From Planctomycetota bacterium (lineage in GTDB: Bacteria > Planctomycetota > GCA-002687715): DNA of 38,865 nucleotides. The stretch lies in NCBI GenBank assembly GCA_013213915.1, contig JABSRK010000004.1, positions 1 to 38,865 of the forward strand. The letters are read 5' to 3'. Every line of letters starts with the position of its first letter. Within the stretch, counting starts at the first letter, position 1. Below, in pieces: positions 15,327 through 21,481 of the stretch. Below the pieces are notes generated by a model. That model was not told where the DNA came from. It searched no databases and saw only the letters and a list, made by a program, of their open reading frames with translations. The position numbers and the translations under genes were made by a program.

Positions 15327-15802
15327 GTTCGGGGGACGTATAGCTGCGCCGCTGAGGGGCGCTCAGAACTGAAACCGCGAGAGTGCGCCCCGCTCCTGGC
15401 CGTTGGCCTCGAGCAGGATGCTGAGTGGGCTTGTCGGGAAGATCAGGTTCTTGGTGGGAGTCTCCGCCCCTCGAGGGACGTGGACAAGGCGCATGAAGGC
15501 GGCTGGGGAGCTCTCTTTGCGGGCTTCCAGCGAGCTGCTCGCAATCGTAGGACGGGAAGAGCGCTTCGGCCCTGGGTCCGCGAGCCGCTATCCCGCGACC
15601 GTCTACGGCGCCAGGGGGCGACGAGGGGACGGCGGGTGGTCCGTCCCGGGTTTGCCACCCACTCATCGGAGCGATGGACCGCGCACCCTGAGATCGATTC
15701 GTGACTTATCGTCACATGCTGAACCGGCCCCTGGGGCCGTCAATACGGACGAAGCCCCCCGAACCCTGGAGGGCCTCCCGAGCGTCAGGTTGTCCGACGA
15801 CG

Positions 15803-16117
15803 TCAAGCGTCGCCGCTGAGGAGAGCATCTGCCGCGCGGGCGGCATTCTCCGGCGTGTCGAATGCCGCAACCTGCAGGAGCGCACGGAACTGGTCCACCA
15901 GGTCCGCTCGCACCTCGCTGTCGGGACCCGCGATCAGACGATCGACCAGGGTCCGGACCTGGCGCGCGCTCTCAGAGCCCGCGTACGAGTCGCTGGCGGC
16001 TCCGGGTTCGGTCTTCGATGCGCTCTCCCCGCGGTGGCTGGCCGACTTCTTCGAGTCGACTGGGCCACCCTCCGGCGCCTTCGGCGCGTCTCCGCGGCCA
16101 ACATTGAAGACGTCCAT
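15803..16117 (-). CDS. flgM: anti-sigma-28 factor FlgM (probable)
   Basis: 104 aa with a disordered Ser/Gly/Ala-rich N-terminal half. The C-terminal half ESARQVRTLVDRLIAGPDSEVRADLVDQFRALLQVAAFDTPENAARAADALL fits the FlgM pattern. An AAGGAG SD lies 5 nt upstream. Confidence 0.6.
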   Translation of the reverse strand: MDVFNVGRGDAPKAPEGGPVDSKKSASHRGESASKTEPGAASDSYAGSESARQVRTLVDRLIAGPDSEVRADLVDQFRALLQVAAFDTPENAARAADALLSGDA

Positions 16118-16244
16118 GGGGTTCTCCTTTCGGGGCCCGTCCCGCCGTCGCCGTGACGTCGGGTCCCCCCGCTAACGGGTTCACCACTCTTCTTCTCGGA
16201 ACTCGACCCCCCGGCTTGAGAGCCCCGGATTGCTTTTTTTCGTC

Positions 16245-16259
16245 CGGAACTTCTTTCCG
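16245..16259. promoter_or_regulatory. palindromic site CGGAA-N5-TTCCG in the flgM/fliK divergent intergenic region
   Basis: The exact sequence is CGGAACTTCTTTCCG. This is the same 5-N5-5 palindrome as the three sites upstream of flgF. CGGAA half-sites also occur at 16196, 16296 and 16344. Confidence 0.45.
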
Positions 16260-16441
16260 CCCCCCTTACCGCTCTGGCGAAAGGAATTCTCACACCGGAA
16301 ACGCGGGATTTGACCCCGCTCCCCCTGGGCCTCACCACCTTCTCGGAACATCCGCAGCGGACTTAACCCCCCAAACGCCAGGAAGGTGGAACGACGGGCC
16401 GGGGGGGTCGGGAGCAGGGCCCGGGAGCTCCCGACCCTGCA

Positions 16442-16457
16442 TGGCACGGGACCTGCG
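16442..16457 (+). promoter_or_regulatory. sigma-54 -24/-12 promoter of the fliK-flgD-flgE operon
   Basis: TGGCACGggacCTGCg matches 10 of 12 consensus positions with exact GG-N10-GC spacing. The -12 GC lies only 17 nt before the fliK ATG. Confidence 0.55.
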
Positions 16458-16472
16458 ATAGGGAGCGGCGCC

Positions 16473-17930
16473 ATGCTTCCGTTCACATCTGCACAGACGC
16501 TTCAGGCCGAGGCCGCCCCGACGCCCGTGAAGCCCGTCGCCAACGAGGATCAGGTGCCTGAGGGCGCAGGTTTCGAGGACGCCCTCGACGTCGCTGCGTC
16601 CGAAGACGGCCCCCCCCTCGACGCCGAACTGGACGTCGACGTGGTCCTGACCATCGTGTCCGCACCGACGCCCGCATCTGGCCAGCCACCGATCTCCGTC
16701 GCGCCGGGGTTCGCCAAGCCCATAGCGATCACCGACGGACCATCGTTGCCGACCATGGGCACGACCGCCGCGGGCGCATCGAGCGCAACTCCGGCCAAGG
16801 TCTCGCTCCCCACCACAGGGAACGGATCGCACGCCCCCGCAACAGCGCCGCAGACAATGTCCATGACGTCTGCGGAGACGATGCTCCCGACGGCAGTTCA
16901 GACAACGGACGCGGCGGCGGCCACGAACATCACCGCGGCAACTCTTCAGTCCACGGCTGGCGCTCCGAGCAAAGAAACTGTCACCGCCACACCGGACACG
17001 GCCACGCCTCCGATGACCACGGATCGGTCCACCGACCAGGACCAGGCGGCGCGGTCCGCACCGGTGGCTCAAACACAGGCATCCGGCACCCGCACGATCG
17101 ACAACGCCCCCGCGCCGTCCGCTTCCGCCGCGGCGACGAACAACGCGAGCGCAACGCCAGAGACGTCCTCGGACAGCACGTCTCGAGACCGCGACTATGG
17201 GCCGGCTGAACGCCAGCTCGCGCAAGCCAAGCCCATCGATCGGCCACACGCACCTGTGACAGCGGCGCCGATGAGTTCCCGGGAGTCCGCGAACAACAGC
17301 ACCGCCACGGAAGGGCCAGTCCCCACGACGGCGCAGACAGGCAACAACATCTCGGTGGCGACTCCGACGACCGACGCAATGACTGTGGCTCCGTCCGAAG
17401 CCGCCCCAGCCGTCGCCGCCCAACCGATCACCAGCGCTGGCGCGACTCCGACGCAACAGGCACGCCCGCTCGAGATTCCGGATGTCTCCGATCTCCTCGA
17501 ACAGGTTCGCGTACGGCTGTCGCCCAAGCGACCTGAGATCACCGTCCTCCTCGATCCGCCCGAGCTCGGCCGGCTGTTCATCAAGCTGGCAATGAAGGGC
17601 GGCGAGTTGGCCGCGACCGTCACCGTCGACAACGCCCGCGTGGCTCGCCTGTTCGAAGGCGACGTCGGGCGCTTGTACCGCACACTCGATGAAGCGGGCA
17701 TCCGCGTCGTCGAGGTCGAGATCCGCACGGCTCTCGACTCCTCCGACGACCCGGAGAACCCATGGGACGAACAGCGCGACGGCGCCGGATCCGAATTCGG
17801 ACCCGACGATCGCGCCGACGTCCCCCATACGCGAGACGTCCGCGGGACGTCCCGTTCGCACCAGGATTCAGCGCAGCCCTCGCGAACTGTCGCGAAGAGC
17901 CGCGCCTCCACCCTAGACCTCATGATCTGA
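16473..17930 (+). CDS. fliK: flagellar hook-length control protein FliK
   Basis: Long Pro/Ala/Thr-rich region followed by a conserved C-terminal Flg_hook-type domain (ITVLLDPPELGRLFIKLAMKGGELAATVTVDNARVARLFEGDVGRLYRTLDEAGIRVVEVEI). ATG 16473 was chosen within ORF 16386..17930. A downstream in-frame GTG at 16527 is also possible. Confidence 0.8.
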   Translation: MLPFTSAQTLQAEAAPTPVKPVANEDQVPEGAGFEDALDVAASEDGPPLDAELDVDVVLTIVSAPTPASGQPPISVAPGFAKPIAITDGPSLPTMGTTAAGASSATPAKVSLPTTGNGSHAPATAPQTMSMTSAETMLPTAVQTTDAAAATNITAATLQSTAGAPSKETVTATPDTATPPMTTDRSTDQDQAARSAPVAQTQASGTRTIDNAPAPSASAAATNNASATPETSSDSTSRDRDYGPAERQLAQAKPIDRPHAPVTAAPMSSRESANNSTATEGPVPTTAQTGNNISVATPTTDAMTVAPSEAAPAVAAQPITSAGATPTQQARPLEIPDVSDLLEQVRVRLSPKRPEITVLLDPPELGRLFIKLAMKGGELAATVTVDNARVARLFEGDVGRLYRTLDEAGIRVVEVEIRTALDSSDDPENPWDEQRDGAGSEFGPDDRADVPHTRDVRGTSRSHQDSAQPSRTVAKSRASTLDLMI

Positions 17931-17941
17931 GAACCGACTCC

Positions 17942-18487
17942 ATGGAAGGCATACAACAAACAACTCAAACAGGCTCATTCGCAGGGCAACTCAGCGGGCA
18001 GGGCGTCGACAGGCAGGCCTTCCTGAACCTGCTCGTCACCCAGCTCAAGAACCAGGATCCGTTCGAGCCCGTGGCGAACGAGCAGTTCCTGGCCCAGCTC
18101 GCGACGTTCTCCCAACTCGAAGAGGCGCAGTCGACGAACTCGCTGCTCTCGGACCTGCTCCGCGTCAACTCGGCCGATCTCGCACTTGGCGGGTTGGCCC
18201 AGGCCGCGAGCCTCGTCGGGAAGGTGGTCGAGTACATCGATCCCGAGACGGGCGCGCAGATTCGCGGCACTGTCTACAGCGTGTACTTCGACCCGACCGG
18301 TGTGCTCGTCGAGGTGGACGGGAACATCGTGCCTGCGGGCAGCATCGTCACCATCTCTACCGATCCCAACGCGACGTCGGCGGGAACCCCTGGAGATCCG
18401 AACGCATCCGGTAACGGCACGGCGCCGTCAGCCACCACTCCGAACAACAACCCCGTCGTTTCCGAGGAAACCGGGAACGAAGGCTGA
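17942..18487 (+). CDS. flgD: flagellar hook capping/assembly protein FlgD
   Basis: ATG 17942. The sequence QAFLNLLVTQLKNQDPFEPVANEQFLAQLATFSQLEE is the FlgD signature. Confidence 0.9.
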   Translation: MEGIQQTTQTGSFAGQLSGQGVDRQAFLNLLVTQLKNQDPFEPVANEQFLAQLATFSQLEEAQSTNSLLSDLLRVNSADLALGGLAQAASLVGKVVEYIDPETGAQIRGTVYSVYFDPTGVLVEVDGNIVPAGSIVTISTDPNATSAGTPGDPNASGNGTAPSATTPNNNPVVSEETGNEG

Positions 18488-18525
18488 ACGAACAAGAACC
18501 CCCAGAGCAAGAAAGAGAGAGAGAC

Positions 18526-20496
18526 ATGCAGAAGGCCCTACTGTCAGCACTCAGCGGACTCCGGATCAACCAGCAGTACCTGGACGTGATCGGCAACAAC
18601 CTCGCCAACACGTCGACGCCCGGCTACAAAGGCGCGCGCGTCACCTTCTCGGAGCTGCTCGGCCAGACCCTGCGTCCGGCCTCGGGACCGACCTCCAACT
18701 CGGGCGGGCGCAACCCGTCGCAGATCGGTGGCGGTGCCGAGATCTCGTCCATCGACCGCAACTTCGCCCAGGGAAGCCTCCTGAACACGGGTCGTCAGCT
18801 CGACCTGGGCATCCAGGGCGAGGGGTTCTTCGTCGTCAGCGACGGCAACGAGGACTACTTCACCCGCGTCGGCACCTTCGGCATGGACGCCAACGAATAC
18901 CTGATCGACCTGCGGTCCGGCTACCGCGTGAAGAACACGCTGGGCCAGGGTATCCAGATCGAACTGAACACCGTCATCCCGGCGCAGGAAAGCGAGAACG
19001 TGGACCTCCAGGGCAACCTGCCGGGCATCGTCAACGGTCCTCTCGCCGAGGAGCTGCTGACGGACGCCGGCTTCGAGGATCATCGGGCGGCGGTGCTCGC
19101 CGCGGACGGCGCCGGTCCGACCTACTCCGTGAACCCGGGTGACGTCCTCTACATCGAGGTCGATGGCAACGCCGCGATCCCGTACACCTTCACCGCCGCC
19201 GACATCGCCAACCCGGGCGCGGCGACCACCGCGGAGCTGGTCACCGCCATCAACGCGAACATCACGGGCGTAACCGCTATCGACAACGGCGGCCAGTTGG
19301 AGCTGGTCTCGAACTCGACCGGATTGTCGTCCACCCTGTACGTGACCATGGACCCGGCCAACACCGCTGGCGCGGCCCTGTTCGCAGCCAACCAGGGCAC
19401 GACCATCCAGGGCACCGAGGCCATCGTCACCGCCACGACCAACCTCAACGACCTGTCGGGCAACAACACCGACTACGTCGCCGGTGACCGCATCACGATC
19501 ACCGGAACGCTCGCCAATGGCGTCGCCGTGTCCGGTGAGTTCATGTACGGGGACCCGGCCGTCAACCCGGCCTATCACGGGCAGGACATGCAGTCCCTCG
19601 TGGCCCGGATGAACCAGGTCCTCCAGAGCACCGACCCGGTCAACGGCGCCACCGCGACGCTCGAGACCGACGGCACCGTCAAGATCACAGCCAACGCCAC
19701 GGGCGACGCGAACTTCAGCCTCATGCTGCAGGACGCGACGTCCGCCACCGGCCAGACCAACTGGTCGTCGAACTTCTTCGCAGTGAACGTCCAGGGGACC
19801 GACCCGGACACAGCGAACATCGTCTCGTCCGTGTACGACTCCCAGGGGCAGCCCCACAGCCTGACCCTCGACTTCGAGCGCCAGGGCGACGGGACATGGA
19901 CCCTGACGCCGTCTGTCGAAGCGACCGAGGGCACCGTCCTCACCTCGCCGATCACCGGCATCACGTTCGACTCCAACGGCATGCTGCAGGTCGCGCCGCT
20001 GTCGCAGATCGACGTCCAGTGGACCTCGGTCCCCGGTACCCAGTCCGTCAGCCTCAACCTCGGTTCGGCCGGCATGACCGACGGGCTCACCCAATTCGGC
20101 GTGCCCGAATCCGTCATCGCCTTGTCGGACGGTTACACCGCCGGCTCGCTCGCGAGCATCGCCGTCCGTGGCGACGGGATGATCGAGGGCTTCTACACCA
20201 ACGGTCAGATCCAGGAACTCGACCAGGTCGGCATCGCGCTGTTCATGAACCCCGCCGGGCTGCAGGCCGCGGGCGGCACGTTGTTCCAGAGTTCTTCGAA
20301 CTCCGGTCAGGCGATGCTCTTCTCGCCCCAGGCGGGCTCATCCGGGACCATCGTGGCCGGCACCCTCGAGGGATCGAACGTCGATATCGCCGAAGAGTTC
20401 GTGCGCCTCATCGAAGCGCAACGCAGCTTCCAGGCGAACGCTCGGATGGTGACGACAACGGACGAGGTGCTCGCCGAGCTCGTGAACCTCGTGTAG
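18526..20496 (+). CDS. flgE: flagellar hook protein FlgE (long form, 656 aa, with Flagellin_IN-type insert)
   Basis: N-terminus LSALSGLRINQQYLDVIGNNLANTSTPGYK and C-terminus LEGSNVDIAEEFVRLIEAQRSFQANARMVTTTDEVLAELVNL. There is a large central insertion. Confidence 0.92.
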   Translation: MQKALLSALSGLRINQQYLDVIGNNLANTSTPGYKGARVTFSELLGQTLRPASGPTSNSGGRNPSQIGGGAEISSIDRNFAQGSLLNTGRQLDLGIQGEGFFVVSDGNEDYFTRVGTFGMDANEYLIDLRSGYRVKNTLGQGIQIELNTVIPAQESENVDLQGNLPGIVNGPLAEELLTDAGFEDHRAAVLAADGAGPTYSVNPGDVLYIEVDGNAAIPYTFTAADIANPGAATTAELVTAINANITGVTAIDNGGQLELVSNSTGLSSTLYVTMDPANTAGAALFAANQGTTIQGTEAIVTATTNLNDLSGNNTDYVAGDRITITGTLANGVAVSGEFMYGDPAVNPAYHGQDMQSLVARMNQVLQSTDPVNGATATLETDGTVKITANATGDANFSLMLQDATSATGQTNWSSNFFAVNVQGTDPDTANIVSSVYDSQGQPHSLTLDFERQGDGTWTLTPSVEATEGTVLTSPITGITFDSNGMLQVAPLSQIDVQWTSVPGTQSVSLNLGSAGMTDGLTQFGVPESVIALSDGYTAGSLASIAVRGDGMIEGFYTNGQIQELDQVGIALFMNPAGLQAAGGTLFQSSSNSGQAMLFSPQAGSSGTIVAGTLEGSNVDIAEEFVRLIEAQRSFQANARMVTTTDEVLAELVNLV

Positions 20497-20506
20497 TCAA
20501 CGACCG

Positions 20507-21481
20507 ATGAGCAACGTCTTAGAGTTGTCAGCAGGGACCCAGGGGGTCGACGTCCAGGATCGCTTCGCGGGCCTCAGGAAGAGTTCCGAAGGCGCCCAAG
20601 GTTTCGACATCGGCCCCGTCATCGTCACCGCCGTGGTCCTCGTGATCACGGTGGTCGGCGCCCGGGTTCTCCAGCGGCGCGCATGGCGTGCGCGGCTGGA
20701 GGAGGACCGTCAGCGTCGGCGCGAGGAGGAAGAGCAGCGGCGCACGCGCCTCGAGGGGGGGTCGCGCAAGCAGCGCTTCTTCCTCGCCGAGTCCCAGCAA
20801 CCGGCCGCGTTCGCCGAGACGTGTGCCATGGCGGACCTCCTCGGTATTCGCAACGGCGTAGAGGGTTCGCTCATCGCAAAGGAACCCGGTCACGCATCCG
20901 CACGGGTGAAGGTACTGGGAGCGTCCGACGACGGCTTGGGGCTGGCACCGCATCCCGAGGAGGCCGGACACATACCGGACGGTGACGTCTGGCTATCCGT
21001 GCGCCAGGCCGGAGCTCGACGCCTGTACCCGATAACTGCCACCCGGCAGCCGACGGGAGAACACCACGACGCGCTCCGCGCCGCGGCGACAGGGCCCGGT
21101 TGGAAATTCTCGCGGCTCGGCCAGTGTGACGTACACCTGCACGCCATCGCCATCCCGGTACAGGGCTCGGTGCCGCCACGTGAAGAAGACGCCATCCCCG
21201 TTCGAGTGTTGTCGATCGGATTCGAACGCGCCACGCTGGAGGGCCCCGTGTCGTTTGAAGGCGGCAACCACATGGCGCTCCGAATCGCGCTCCCCGACGA
21301 GATGGACAGCGTCGAATTCGCGGCGCGCGTCCGTTCTCAATCCCGTCCCGAGGATGGCCGGAAGATCACCGATGTCGTGTTCGATGCCGTCCCCCGCACG
21401 ACCCACAACATCCTGGCGCGCGCGCTGGCTCGCATACTCGCCGAGGACATCTGCCCCGAACCCGTCCAGGCCGATTCATGA
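20507..21481 (+). CDS. membrane-anchored protein with two PilZ/YcgR-like beta-barrel-type segments (degenerate c-di-GMP motifs)
   Basis: One TM helix (IGPVIVTAVVLVITVVGARVL) and an Arg/Glu-rich stretch. Then RKQRFFL ... VKVLGASDDGLGL and, later, VRVLSIGFERATLEG ... ITDVVFDAV....ILARAL. Good GC3 bias. The stop overlaps the start of the next gene (ATGA). Confidence 0.55.
   Translation: MSNVLELSAGTQGVDVQDRFAGLRKSSEGAQGFDIGPVIVTAVVLVITVVGARVLQRRAWRARLEEDRQRRREEEEQRRTRLEGGSRKQRFFLAESQQPAAFAETCAMADLLGIRNGVEGSLIAKEPGHASARVKVLGASDDGLGLAPHPEEAGHIPDGDVWLSVRQAGARRLYPITATRQPTGEHHDALRAAATGPGWKFSRLGQCDVHLHAIAIPVQGSVPPREEDAIPVRVLSIGFERATLEGPVSFEGGNHMALRIALPDEMDSVEFAARVRSQSRPEDGRKITDVVFDAVPRTTHNILARALARILAEDICPEPVQADS

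Noticed and set aside
15327-15802. Possible tmRNA or RNase P RNA: the minus strand begins GGGGGGCUUCGUCCGUAUUGACGG, vaguely like a tmRNA 5' end, and contains AAACCCGGG like the RNase P P4 region.
   Set aside because: I found no T-arm/CCA-type 3' end, no plausible tag reading frame ending in hydrophobic residues plus a stop, and no GGAAAGUCCGG-type RNase P core. The identity is left open as an unknown ncRNA or UTR in the findings.
16211-16240. T7 run preceded by CCCCGGCTTGAGAGCCCCGG, which looked like a plus-strand terminator in the flgM/fliK intergenic region.
   Set aside because: The flanking arms are not complementary (at best 3 bp), and no plus-strand gene ends upstream. It is more likely an AT-rich bending or UP-type element, and it is not called.
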